Below are positions 7,650 to 19,000 of a stretch of DNA of 64,000 nucleotides, piece after piece. The position numbers were made by a program, and so were the translations under genes. A model generated the notes under the pieces. The model searched no databases and was not told the origin of the DNA. It worked only from the letters and a program-made list of their open reading frames with translations. The stretch is from a virus. The first letter of the stretch is position 1; each line of letters opens with the position of its first letter. The stretch is from IMG/VR virus record IMGVR_UViG_3300024518_000034, positions 32,001 to 96,000 of that record; one strand, given 5' to 3'.

Positions 7650-10600
7650 ATGGGTTTAGAAACTGCAATTAAAGCTGTCGGAGCAGCGGCGGAAGGAAGC
7701 GGCAAGGCTTTTGGTGGATTTGAAAAAGCTATAAGTGCAACTGCTAGTACTGCAAAGAGTCTAGATGGTGTTATGGCTAGCCTGATGAAGAGTTTTCTTG
7801 AGGTTGGACCAGTAGTTAAATATGAAAAATCTCTGTTGGAGATTCAAAGAACTACTGGAAAAACTGTTAAGGAGATTAAAAAACTAGAAACGGTTTTCAA
7901 GAGGGTCGCAAAAGGGTCTAGATATTCTAGGGACGCATTAGCTAAGTTAACTAGTGGAATGAGTAATCATATTTCTATGATTACCATGACTAACAAATCG
8001 ACTGAAAGATTCCTAAAAACGATGAGCAGTAAATTCGTCGTAGGAATGGAACAGGCGATAAAAGTTCTTGCCGCACTAGGAGATGAATATTCAGAATTTG
8101 GAGCCTCTTTAGCTAAGGGCGACGTGGAGTGGGATTCTGCAGTTTCACAACTTACATCTTTCAATGTATTAATGGAAAAAGGTCCGATGGCTGTAATTCA
8201 AATGAATAAAGCCATGACTGGGCACGCTAAAGGGCTTGGAGATTTAACTGATGCCCAACAGCGACAGGAAGCTGCACAAAAAGATGCAAAACTAGCCTTT
8301 GGTGAAAGTATGAAAGAAGTGTCAAAGGGTGTAATGCAAATGCAAACATTCCTTGCTTCGATTTTGCCAGTAACTAAAGCATTATCAGCTTTAGCGGCTG
8401 CGATGGGTGCAGTCAGCGCAGCAAAAGCAGGTATGAGGTTTGCTGCGGGTGGTGGTTTTGGAGGACGAGGAGGAAAAGGTGGCGCTGGAGGCGGCGCAGC
8501 AGCGGGAGGATATGGCAGTCCAACAATGGCGGGCAGGATATGGGGCATGAGGACTAAAGAAGGCAGAAAAGGAATGTGGCGCAAGGACAAGCCGTCCGTT
8601 GGCCAACATGCGGCAGCTATTAGGGAGAACAGAAGTAGAGATTTTAAGAAAAGAATGTATATGGGTCATATGCCAGGGCAAGTTATTCCTGGTACAGGGG
8701 GAATGATGGGGCCTGGCAAGACTGATCCTAAATATTTTAAATTTAAAGGGAAGTCGCCAATACCACAAAGGGCAGGGTTCGCTCGAAAAGCAATTGGTAC
8801 AGTGGGTGGGGGAAAAGTAGGAATGGGATTGAAAAAAGCCATGGGCGGGTTGACTTCGGCAATACTTCCTATGGCAGGAATGCTGCTTAAATTATTAGGA
8901 CCATTGGCACTCATAGGAACCTTAGTTGGTGTTATAATGCTATTGAATAAGAGGTTTAAGTCAGTTAGTGGATTTTTTACAAGAATAAAAAGAGTTGTTG
9001 AAAAAGTAGTTAGGGCACTTGACACGGCTTTTATGAAGATAGCTGAACCTTTAATGGAAGCAATGGAACCGTTGATAGAGTTGATGGGAAGCTTTGCAGA
9101 AGTTTTTGGAGATGCCACAATAAGTTTAATTAAAACAATGGCAGACCTTTTGGTGCCAGTCATAAAGGACTTTTTGATTCCAGTATTAAATAACCTTATA
9201 GATGCAGCTTACGCAGTTGCAAATAAGGCAGTAGATGCTTCAAATGTAGCAACTCCTTGGCAGAAGCCAGCAGGACATTTTAAGAGAGATGATGGAAGTT
9301 ATAGGGGTAAAAGAACGAAAAAAGAAAAAGGACTTGATAGGGAAGCATTTGCAGAAAATCAGAAGAAAAAGGGGCTCACTAGAAAAGATTTTGCCAAAAG
9401 ACAGAAGGAATATTTTAAAGCGGGAGACGATGAAGAAAAACAAGCAGCTAGAGTGGGAGATAAGAAAGCACTTGCTGCCATTAAGGCAAGAAAAGCAACT
9501 AAGGCTGCTGCAGAGGCAGCTAAACAAGCCGCCCAAGCAGCACTGCGGGCAGAAATGCAAAGAATACATAATCTGTTTCAAATACTTGATATAGAAATGA
9601 AAATAGCAGATCTAAAACAAAGTGCTTTGCAGTTAGAGTTGTCTTTAGCAGAAAAGACTGGTGCCACTTGGAGAATTATAGGGGAGCTTAAAAGAAAAGA
9701 TATTGATGAACAAATTGCTAAGTTAGAAGTTCAGAGAAAAAGAGTAGCGGAGGTGGAAGCTCAAAGAGCAAAGGGTATTAAGAAGGCTGCAGAAGAGAAA
9801 GCTGAAATCGTCATGAGAAGAAAAATGCTTGGAAAAAATTCTTGGTTTGTAAATGAAGAAGAGGATGAGGCAACTTTAAAGGGCCATAAGACAGCCGCAA
9901 AAAGAGCGGACAAAAATGTAAGGGAGGAGCGAATAAAAGAACAACAAATGGCAATAGATTTAAAGAAGAAAATGTTAGATCTAATCGATACAGAATATAA
10001 CATTAAGAAGAAGTTGATAGGTTTGGATCAACAAAACTTAGCTAACTTGGAAAGAATAGCGATGGCAACTAGAAAGGGAGATCCGGCTTTTGTAATAAAA
10101 ATCAAAAAGGAATCTATAAAACTTGATATGCAAGACTTGCACAATGTACAAGTTAAAATAAAGAAGACGGAATTGGCAAGAAAGAAGGCTATAGAGGCAG
10201 CAAGAATTGTGGGCGGTCGTGCAGGTGCAGAAAAAGAATCAGCAAAGTGGGTCGGCATAAGGAAGAAATTGCAAACAGAGGAAACTGGAATATTGGCAAC
10301 GATTTCGGAAAAGGCAGACTACATTCGTAGAACATGGCTTGAACAATATGCAGAAATGGCAATAGGAGCGCAGAGTGGAACATATCTTGTACCAGGAGCG
10401 TCCGACTTGTCTGGAATGCAAACTAAAGGCGCAGCGTTCAGACCGTGGGCACCAACTCAATCAGGCGGTGGAGCAGGAACATACAAAGACATCTATGGAA
10501 AACAATTAGATCCAGCATTAGAAACGGGTAGAAGTAAATTGGAGAGTCAATTGAAGAGGCACCAGGCCGACGCAAATAATGCGGTTAAGAGATTGTCTGA

Positions 10601-10667
10601 CGTTCAAATTAAAATGTTTAAGGAAGTAGAAGATAGAATTCGCAAGGCGATGACGGGTAGAAAATAA
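7650..10667 (+). CDS. tail tape measure protein
   Basis: 1005 aa, Ala/Lys/Gly-rich helical protein with amphipathic repeats and coiled coils, followed by large beta-rich structural genes. Confidence 0.75.
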   Translation: MGLETAIKAVGAAAEGSGKAFGGFEKAISATASTAKSLDGVMASLMKSFLEVGPVVKYEKSLLEIQRTTGKTVKEIKKLETVFKRVAKGSRYSRDALAKLTSGMSNHISMITMTNKSTERFLKTMSSKFVVGMEQAIKVLAALGDEYSEFGASLAKGDVEWDSAVSQLTSFNVLMEKGPMAVIQMNKAMTGHAKGLGDLTDAQQRQEAAQKDAKLAFGESMKEVSKGVMQMQTFLASILPVTKALSALAAAMGAVSAAKAGMRFAAGGGFGGRGGKGGAGGGAAAGGYGSPTMAGRIWGMRTKEGRKGMWRKDKPSVGQHAAAIRENRSRDFKKRMYMGHMPGQVIPGTGGMMGPGKTDPKYFKFKGKSPIPQRAGFARKAIGTVGGGKVGMGLKKAMGGLTSAILPMAGMLLKLLGPLALIGTLVGVIMLLNKRFKSVSGFFTRIKRVVEKVVRALDTAFMKIAEPLMEAMEPLIELMGSFAEVFGDATISLIKTMADLLVPVIKDFLIPVLNNLIDAAYAVANKAVDASNVATPWQKPAGHFKRDDGSYRGKRTKKEKGLDREAFAENQKKKGLTRKDFAKRQKEYFKAGDDEEKQAARVGDKKALAAIKARKATKAAAEAAKQAAQAALRAEMQRIHNLFQILDIEMKIADLKQSALQLELSLAEKTGATWRIIGELKRKDIDEQIAKLEVQRKRVAEVEAQRAKGIKKAAEEKAEIVMRRKMLGKNSWFVNEEEDEATLKGHKTAAKRADKNVREERIKEQQMAIDLKKKMLDLIDTEYNIKKKLIGLDQQNLANLERIAMATRKGDPAFVIKIKKESIKLDMQDLHNVQVKIKKTELARKKAIEAARIVGGRAGAEKESAKWVGIRKKLQTEETGILATISEKADYIRRTWLEQYAEMAIGAQSGTYLVPGASDLSGMQTKGAAFRPWAPTQSGGGAGTYKDIYGKQLDPALETGRSKLESQLKRHQADANNAVKRLSDVQIKMFKEVEDRIRKAMTGRK

Positions 10668-13600
10668 TGGGGAACACAGCAGCAGCGGGGTCAGTAGAGA
10701 CAGTAAATGCAAATGTAAGTGGTAGGTCAGTAGAACCGCCAACAAAAACGCCACCAACCGAAGGTCCACCCACAGAAGAGACAACTAGATTTTTGTGCGG
10801 TGATCAAAGAGGACAAATTAAATGGAGCGTAAGCTCTTCACAGAGAAGTCAGGTATTTTTAGATAATACTGTAGAACACAGCATTATTTATACCGATATG
10901 GTCAGTGAGACAATTCCTGAGTTTACGTTGACAGATAGCGATAAAGAATCGGTTGCAAAAATTAAGGCACTTACAGCGTCACCAGAAACTCCAGTGGCAA
11001 TATTCAGATATAACAGAACACACACATCTGGAGCTTTTGACAGTGATTTTTCTATTCCAATCTTCATAAGAAAGAAATCTAAAATAACTGGAAAAGTAGA
11101 ATATGAACCATTAACAGATGTATATTCCCCAGAAATATCTTATAATAAGTTCGATGATGAACTAATACTTTCATTCTGGCAAAATATAGACCCATCGGCA
11201 GGCGTTACAATATCTTCTATAGAGGGATATGGAAATGACGAGACTAAGGATTGCAGTAATAAGGTCGCCTCTACGGGAAGCGTATCAACGGTAGAAAATA
11301 AGAGCGGATCAGTATCATCAGTTTATAAGAATAAAAATAAAGACATACAAAGAGCATTGATGCATACACAGGGTAGTCCTGTAGCTGTAGCTTTTATAGA
11401 TGGAAAAGGTTTGCCTTATGATATAGTGTACATTTTTAATGAGCCTGCCGAGGTGATGAGAAAAAAAGGACCGATTAATGATATTAATCTAAACGTTGCC
11501 GTAACGTTAATTGCTGACAATGAAGATTGTGTGAATAGGCCAGATAGATCTTCTGTTAATAATTCTACATGGGTGTACGATGGTGACCATTGCAAGTACG
11601 GAGATCTAGATGATCTCTTTAAAGTTGACACTTGGTGTGGTAGTAAGTCTACAAGAGGATCTATTGAAATAACTAATGGGACGCAAGGAAGACAGAAAAG
11701 ACAGTTTGTATTAAGAAGTACAGCGTCTAATTTGGAATCTGAAGGTGAATATTGGGTTGAGACTAAATACGTAGATGACCCTTCGACTCCAGGTAGAAAA
11801 ATCCAAGTCAGTGTTAGAGTTTCGGCAGCAGAAGTCGCAGCAGCAAAAGCATTAGAGGCAGAAAATTCAAACTTAATAAGAGGTGGAAAAAAGTTTGACA
11901 AAATTAACAATGAAGGTGGGGCAGATAGTTCAGACAGTAGATTATTCATATGGATAAATGAAAATAAAAATTATTCTCCACAGGAAACTATAAAAGGTGG
12001 GTTGGTCTTCAGGAGAAGTAAGGACGTAACACAAAAAATTGTTGGGCACAATATAACATCAGACTTAAAAGGATTCAATAGGTTTGTAAAGGGATACCAA
12101 AATGGTACGCAGAATATCGGCGCAGTCATTATGGGCGACACTGGTTTTGAAAATACGGGAACTACAAATGGAAGCGTTACGCCAACGGGTACTCCAAAAC
12201 CATCATTAGATGAAATAAAATGTGGAATGTTTAGAGATGTTTTACATATTGCAGACGATGATCATTTGGAAGTCAGAACTAGTTCTCACTTCATATATCA
12301 AGATAGACAGCAAGGTCTTCCGGCTGAAAATTTGTCTGGCCCAGTAGTATTTTTTCCAGTAGAGAGATTTAATTTATGTAATGAATTCAGCGGAGCATTA
12401 ACTGGCGTATCTACTGTAGGCGGAAGTACAACGGGGACGTTCACTAAAAAATGTGAACCATATTCTGGATTCTTTTTCTTTAAGAAGTTTCCATTCGATG
12501 ATAAAGATCCTACAAAGTCTAACAAGTGTAAAAACAATATGGTGACAAATGTAGATGGGACAAGAGAATGGGAAGTTCCAGGCGTTTGGCATATAACTAC
12601 AGATGTCCCAGTATTTAATTGGACATTTGAACCGCCTCCTCCGCACAGAGGGGTTACCAGAGTTGGGTCGTTCAGTGGTGGAGGGTCTGCTGGGTCAAGT
12701 GGCTCGTCGGGCTCAAGTGCAGGCGGATCAGGTGGTTCCGGTGGCGGGCCAGCAGGGGGAGCAGGAGGAGCCGGTGGCGCTGCTGCTTCTTTTATAGTTC
12801 CACATAAGTTTGGCCAAGTTAATGCATCAATTGTAGAAAGTTATAATTCAAGACATATTGGTACGGGTGATAATCCGACAGCAATTGACGCATATGAGCC
12901 ATCACCCAATTTAGACTTAAGTGACGACACAAATATTCAATATGGGGGAGATGTTGCGGGACTAAGTGTGGGCATGGTTATTGCTATCTCTAGGAGGTTA
13001 AATGATCCAAACACTTCACCGAAAGCAAAAGCAAAATTGCTTGCTCTGCTAAACGATGCAAAAGAAAAAAGACCGAAAAAACCAGCAAAAATTAAAAAAA
13101 GCCCAAATGGAAAAGGGGTGGGAACAGATAAAAAATTAAATCCGAGTCAGATTGCTAACAAGGTTGCTCTACATAAGATGATATATGATGTTACACCGGG
13201 TGCAGCTATAGCGATGGCAAATGCAGCAAACACTATAAGAGATATACAGTATAAGTTTCCAAAAGGAAAGTTGCCAGATCAAGAAATTACTGATTATAAT
13301 TCAGACGGCGAAATTACAGGAGTAAGAGTTAATTCTGAATTTGGATTTAACCAAGATGGCGAAATAGTTGAAATTAAATCAGGAAAAATAAACGTAGAAG
13401 ATAAAGATTTTGATAAGACTTTAGAGGAAGTGCAGGAAAATGCAAAAAGTACTTACTTGGAGAAACTTGTACAATTTCCTACGGGCAGAAAACATGGTCC
13501 TGGGGCTTTTGAGGGTCAACCAGAATATGAGGGTGTTAACGTATATGTAGATAAAGATGGAAATTATTTAGATAAAAAGACATTGAAACCAGTAAATAAA

Positions 13601-16087
13601 AATGGTTTTTCAGACAACGATAAAAAACCAGGAAAACCCGTTAGAGCAGGAAGAATAAAACCAATAGTAGACGCGGGCGGAAATGTAACTTTTGTAATAG
13701 TGAGCAATGAGAGAAAATTGGGAGAAATAGTAGGTGAAAAAAGAGCAGATGGTACAATAGTAGGTGGAATAGTAGGGGAAGTGGGAGTTAAAAAGGCAGT
13801 CTATGAAGCAATTAATGGTAAAGGAACCTTGCATGAAAGTTGGTCAACTATAGAAGGTATGCATCACATTGGTTATGGTTTAGATCAGGCTAGTTTTGTA
13901 AAAGGCGATTCGGCAAATGATCAATTTTGGGCAGATGCAGAACAGACGCTTAGGGATTTGGATGCGGGAAATGCAACAGAAACAACTGCAACGGTAATTA
14001 ATTCGAATGCTGCAGGATTAATAACAAGTAGTAATGCTAACTATCCATTGGATCCGATTCCAAGTGAAGAGGAAATATTGTATAGTTTAAATAAGGACGA
14101 TGGAGTTATAAAATATACAGATGGTACGCCAGTTATGGCAAAAATATTGCTTACTAATTGGGTCGCCCCAGAGTTTTCAACAAAAACGGGAATATGTAGG
14201 GCTTTTAGTCATGCATTTGTTGGGTCGGAAATGAATGTAGATTACAGTGGGGCAGAACCGTCATTTGTCTATAGTACTGGCTTTGACGCAGGACCGCTTG
14301 GAACCGGAATGATAATAACATGTTCAGCGGCACTACAGGGCGATGTTCCAATGAGTGTGGGAGCCGGTGTTACCCCAGGAAATACGGACTTGACTGGAAC
14401 AATTACGGAAGAAGAGAAGAGTGTATTGCCAGAAGGAGTTTTGTGGGTAGGGGATGACATTATAAGGGAAAGTCAGTTTGGAGGAATGTTTAGATTTTTT
14501 GACCCATCGGCTGCTAGCTTATTGTTGACTGAAATAGATTTAAATATGTCAGCTATAGGATATAAGGACACAAGTGCGAATATTGAAAATGCTGCCAAAA
14601 TTAGAAAAATAATGCAAGAGTATTTAAACAACGCTGTAGAACTGTTTAAAAACATGCTTAATTTCTATTTTAGAATGGTAGTACTTGATTGGTGGGATAA
14701 TCAAACAATACCGATTGGAACACAAGAATTGGTAGCTACAACTAGTTTGGCAGCAAAGTGGTTCAGAGACGATGTAGAGGTAGTGCCAGTGGGAGTGTCA
14801 ATTATAGGAGATATTTATAGAAAAGCTATTATACCGCCATCCTATAGGCAGTTTTTTAACACGATAGATGATTTGAGATTTTGGATAGATTTAACAACTG
14901 GCAAACCTGTAAATCAAGGATTTAAGACAGAACTGATACCGCAGACCGAAATGATTGTTTTTTCTGAATTGCCAGGAAGTAGCTTGCTTGGTAATACTGA
15001 TATAAACGGAAAAATTACAGATATGTATAGCAATGTGAATAGAAACTATTCACAAACTAAAGTTCATAATAGGATAGGTGCAATTTTAGTTGAGGTAGGT
15101 GCCGCTGATATGGTGGTAAAGGATATGCATATAGATCACGTTCCGGTAGGAGATGGAAGTATACTGCCGACGAGAATTGGTTTGGAGGAAGGTTTTGATA
15201 TCATCAATACCGCACTCAAGACTTCAATTTCTAGAATCGCACATTTGGAACAAAAGCCTAATGGCGTGTTTTTGGCAACAGTAGAGGAAGTGCTTAGTGA
15301 TGGAAAATTAAGCTGTTCGATAGATAATACAGACGTAGTATTTTTAGACGTAGTGGCGAATGATACTTCAGACTTCAAAGAGGGCGACAAAGTTTGGATT
15401 GTTAGAGCGATGAATGATGATAAATATGTGGCTTACAAGGAGCCACAAGCAGAATCACCAGCAGAATATGTAAGCACCACTGGAATCGTTCCACCTAGAG
15501 TGGATACGCCAGATGGAACGTATCCAGTTGAAATAGTTGCAGGAGATGTAGACAATAATCAACAGGAGTTTAACTTAAAGATCTTAAACTGCTTAAATGG
15601 ACTAATTGCTGCTGTAGTTGCTGAGAAGCAAGTGTTTAGTCCGAGATTTGGAGTAGTTTCAACAGTTCAACCAAACAATACTGCAAACAATGCAGTGTCT
15701 ATAGAAGAAGGATCATTTTTAGGAACGAACAGATTTAGAGCAACAACTACTAGACCGACACTTCAAAATGTATCAATAGTGTTGGAAGTGGTATTGCCAG
15801 ACAGATTTAGAGGGTGGGATCCGACAACTCCGATGCAAGTTTTAAATGTGTCAACTGGAGTAGCCTTTATACAAGTTAGAGTAACAGATTGTAATGGAGT
15901 GGTAGATGTGGGAGCGCATAATTTAGCAAATGCATCATTAACTGATAGTGTTCTTGGTGGCGTAGGAGAACCTACAGAGTTTACAGGGACTTATGTAAAA
16001 AATGGTTTTGTAAGAATAGATTTTACATTTTTTGTAGTGTCAGGCGACACGGCAGATTTAGGAAGAGTAGAACTTAACTACTTATAG
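10667..16087 (+). CDS. large virion structural protein (baseplate hub/spike-like, 1806 aa)
   Basis: Follows the tape measure gene; Gly/Ser linker; late OB-fold-like segment LATVEEVLSDGKLSCSID...FKEGDKVWIV. Confidence 0.5.
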   Translation: MGNTAAAGSVETVNANVSGRSVEPPTKTPPTEGPPTEETTRFLCGDQRGQIKWSVSSSQRSQVFLDNTVEHSIIYTDMVSETIPEFTLTDSDKESVAKIKALTASPETPVAIFRYNRTHTSGAFDSDFSIPIFIRKKSKITGKVEYEPLTDVYSPEISYNKFDDELILSFWQNIDPSAGVTISSIEGYGNDETKDCSNKVASTGSVSTVENKSGSVSSVYKNKNKDIQRALMHTQGSPVAVAFIDGKGLPYDIVYIFNEPAEVMRKKGPINDINLNVAVTLIADNEDCVNRPDRSSVNNSTWVYDGDHCKYGDLDDLFKVDTWCGSKSTRGSIEITNGTQGRQKRQFVLRSTASNLESEGEYWVETKYVDDPSTPGRKIQVSVRVSAAEVAAAKALEAENSNLIRGGKKFDKINNEGGADSSDSRLFIWINENKNYSPQETIKGGLVFRRSKDVTQKIVGHNITSDLKGFNRFVKGYQNGTQNIGAVIMGDTGFENTGTTNGSVTPTGTPKPSLDEIKCGMFRDVLHIADDDHLEVRTSSHFIYQDRQQGLPAENLSGPVVFFPVERFNLCNEFSGALTGVSTVGGSTTGTFTKKCEPYSGFFFFKKFPFDDKDPTKSNKCKNNMVTNVDGTREWEVPGVWHITTDVPVFNWTFEPPPPHRGVTRVGSFSGGGSAGSSGSSGSSAGGSGGSGGGPAGGAGGAGGAAASFIVPHKFGQVNASIVESYNSRHIGTGDNPTAIDAYEPSPNLDLSDDTNIQYGGDVAGLSVGMVIAISRRLNDPNTSPKAKAKLLALLNDAKEKRPKKPAKIKKSPNGKGVGTDKKLNPSQIANKVALHKMIYDVTPGAAIAMANAANTIRDIQYKFPKGKLPDQEITDYNSDGEITGVRVNSEFGFNQDGEIVEIKSGKINVEDKDFDKTLEEVQENAKSTYLEKLVQFPTGRKHGPGAFEGQPEYEGVNVYVDKDGNYLDKKTLKPVNKNGFSDNDKKPGKPVRAGRIKPIVDAGGNVTFVIVSNERKLGEIVGEKRADGTIVGGIVGEVGVKKAVYEAINGKGTLHESWSTIEGMHHIGYGLDQASFVKGDSANDQFWADAEQTLRDLDAGNATETTATVINSNAAGLITSSNANYPLDPIPSEEEILYSLNKDDGVIKYTDGTPVMAKILLTNWVAPEFSTKTGICRAFSHAFVGSEMNVDYSGAEPSFVYSTGFDAGPLGTGMIITCSAALQGDVPMSVGAGVTPGNTDLTGTITEEEKSVLPEGVLWVGDDIIRESQFGGMFRFFDPSAASLLLTEIDLNMSAIGYKDTSANIENAAKIRKIMQEYLNNAVELFKNMLNFYFRMVVLDWWDNQTIPIGTQELVATTSLAAKWFRDDVEVVPVGVSIIGDIYRKAIIPPSYRQFFNTIDDLRFWIDLTTGKPVNQGFKTELIPQTEMIVFSELPGSSLLGNTDINGKITDMYSNVNRNYSQTKVHNRIGAILVEVGAADMVVKDMHIDHVPVGDGSILPTRIGLEEGFDIINTALKTSISRIAHLEQKPNGVFLATVEEVLSDGKLSCSIDNTDVVFLDVVANDTSDFKEGDKVWIVRAMNDDKYVAYKEPQAESPAEYVSTTGIVPPRVDTPDGTYPVEIVAGDVDNNQQEFNLKILNCLNGLIAAVVAEKQVFSPRFGVVSTVQPNNTANNAVSIEEGSFLGTNRFRATTTRPTLQNVSIVLEVVLPDRFRGWDPTTPMQVLNVSTGVAFIQVRVTDCNGVVDVGAHNLANASLTDSVLGGVGEPTEFTGTYVKNGFVRIDFTFFVVSGDTADLGRVELNYL
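12677..12790 (+). repeat. GC-rich low-complexity Gly/Ser/Ala linker
   Basis: Encodes GGGSAGSSGSSGSSAGGSGGSGGGPAGGAGGAGGAAAS; visibly more GC-rich than the flanks. Confidence 0.8.
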
Positions 16088-16099
16088 GAAAGAATAAAA

Positions 16100-19000
16100 A
16101 TGACCGACAAATTATTAAGAAAAATACCAGCAGTAGATGTAAAATTAGATGATTCTATGTGTGTGCCGATACATCACTCATACAACTCTAAAGATTTTAT
16201 GCCAAGAGTGTTTGGTAGAGAGCAAACTTTGACAACTCATTCGTCAGAATATCAAAAAGGAGTTGATAATTATGATTCGCCTAGCTCTAAGAAAAACTCA
16301 GAGCGGCCAGCGCCAAAATATCTAATACAAGGAGTAGAGGAAATTACTACTCCAATAGCGATCACTGGAACGGGATCAAGTAAAGTAAAAAAAAGAACAG
16401 GATCGGTGTCATCCTTCTCAACTACTGGAGGTAAGTCTTCTGCGTTACCTTCTTTAATATTATTACATAATGCTATGATATTGAGACCTAAAAGATTTAA
16501 AATGAGAAACGCGATGACGGTGGGAGGCGTGGTGTTAAGTGGAGGGAGTAAAACAGCAGCTTTCGATGCAGGTATAGCAGGTGTGCCCCTCCAAGGGTCA
16601 TATACTACTGATACATTGGCTGACAATAAGTCAATATATGAATACATCGTTGCAGGATTTGAAGATAAAACATCTAAAACATCTGGCACGGAAATTTTTA
16701 TAGAACAAAATAAACGCAATAGGACTGAAAGTTGGATCGTCAAGAATAAATTGCCAGGGAAGCCAGGAAGCGTTAAAGGGGCTGATCTCATGAGAGATCT
16801 AACATCTGTATTTAAATTAAGAAAAAATCAGCCATTTTTTATAAAGTGCAGACTTCATAGAATGCCAGAAAAGTTTAGAGCATTTGCTAGAAGTAGCCCT
16901 GAGTGGAAGAAGAATACACAATATTCTGCTTTTCTTCCAGACGATGGAGGAGAATACACGTCTTTACTTTTAGAATTTGGTACAAAAGAAGGTGGAGCGG
17001 CAGGAAGTACTCTGCAAGACGGAAGTGATTCGTTTAAATTAGTTATAAAAGGTGGAGGATCGACAAGTTTAGCTCTATTTAAGTGGGCAGCCGCAGATGG
17101 CTGGAAACAATATGGGCAAGTAATGTCCCTCCCTATGGAATCAGGAAAAAAAGAAAGCCATGAAAGTGATATTTCAAATCTTACAATATACCCTATGGGA
17201 AGATTTTTAATAGTGTCGTCTGGATTGCCAAGCACTGAAAACACTATGAAACAGAGATACGTTGTTTGGGAATTTGACAGATTAATAAGTATACCGGAAG
17301 GTAAATTAAAAGTAGGTTTTTATGGAGGAAAAGCAGAGTTTTCTTTCAATCCAATTATCCACGTAAAGGAAGGAAAGCTTATTTCTCCACCAGTTGGAAT
17401 AGGATTTGATCCAGAATTCTTTTTTATGAAGGTTGACTATGAGGGAAAGTTTAGAAGTGATTACGTTGGAGAAAAAAATTCTACATCTAAAATAAAACTT
17501 CCAATACCGACGCCCGAAGACATTGCAGGCGCAGCACAAAGTAAAGATAAAAAAAAGGGAGATAGTGGGTCAGCTAAAACAAAGAAGACACCATATTTTC
17601 AATACTTAAAAGACTTTGTATTTTTAGAAAAACAATTTTTAACAGAAAAGGGCGGTGCAGACGCTGACGAAAAAAAGTTCTTTAAAAACAATCAAAACAA
17701 AAGTAAAAAAAATCAAATTAAGTACGTATTGACTTTAAAATCTCACGATACTGAGGTTAGAAGAATATATTCACCAATAGTATATAAGGTAGAAATGCAT
17801 TGTTTACCTAGAGTGGCTGTAGTTAAGTTGAGCCCAAATCCACAAATTGATAATGCTGATGTTAAGTTGATTGAAATAAGCCAGGGAGTACAGGAAATAT
17901 CAGCAAGCGTTACTTTGTGGAATAGATTTGATTGTGAAAAATCTAGAAAAGAAAAAAGTGGACCTTATACTTTTGGATTACAAAAACCAAAAGGGAATTT
18001 TACTGGAGTAAAGCCGATAACTATTAGAGGAGGAATAAGTAGTGGAAATAGAAAACCAGGTGCAGGTAATGCACCGCCAGGATTAGGAAACGTAGATCTT
18101 GGAGAGATACCTGATAAAAGTCAGCCTATACAGATGAGAGGATTTATATCTCAAAGAAACTATTCTAGACCATCTAGCGCTGAAAGTTATTGTGAATTGA
18201 CCATAGAGGACGTATCTAAACAAGCAAAAGAACAGTTTGCTGTGAATCTACCTATTTATGATGGGTGGTGCAACTTGGCTGTCATTTATAGTTTAGCTAA
18301 GGAGGCAGGATACAAAGATGATCAAATATTGTTTTATCAAGATCCTAGAAATGAAAATGATAAGATAACTATAAAAGAAATGATGGAGGCGGCAGGGACG
18401 GACGTTGACGGAAGGAAAAATGGATGCTTCGCTGGACACGTTCCTAAGTTTCCTCAAAATATAGGACCAGCACAAAGAGTTAGTAGTTTGCCACCATCAA
18501 CTGTTCATGCATTAATGCCGTTAAATGCTTATAGAGAGCAGCCAGCATACATGTTTCAAATGGGAAGAAGTTTATGGGAATGTATGCAAGAAATTAGAGA
18601 ATTTACAGGATTCTTTATGTTTCCAAACATATTTGGAAACATAGTCTATGCACCTGCAGAGGTAGCATTGGGAGTTAAGAGTAAGAAGACGCCTAAGGCT
18701 CAGTGGAATTATTATGAAATATCTGGAGGATCACCAGGAGGGGCTACAGATTACAGTCAGTACCAGGGAGCTTTAAGTGTTCCATTTGGAACTGACCATG
18801 TAAGAAACGCTGTGATGACGTTTGCGTTGATACCGGCAAGTACAAAACCAAAGTTCCCTATGGTAGATTATGCACCAGTTGTAATTATTAAAAAGCAACC
18901 TAAGTGGCCTTTTAATACAAGCGATCCGTCATACGTGCCGTGGCTAAAGTGGTTAATAGTAAGATCTCCGCACTGGAACGATTTAGGAAGAGCAAAAGCA

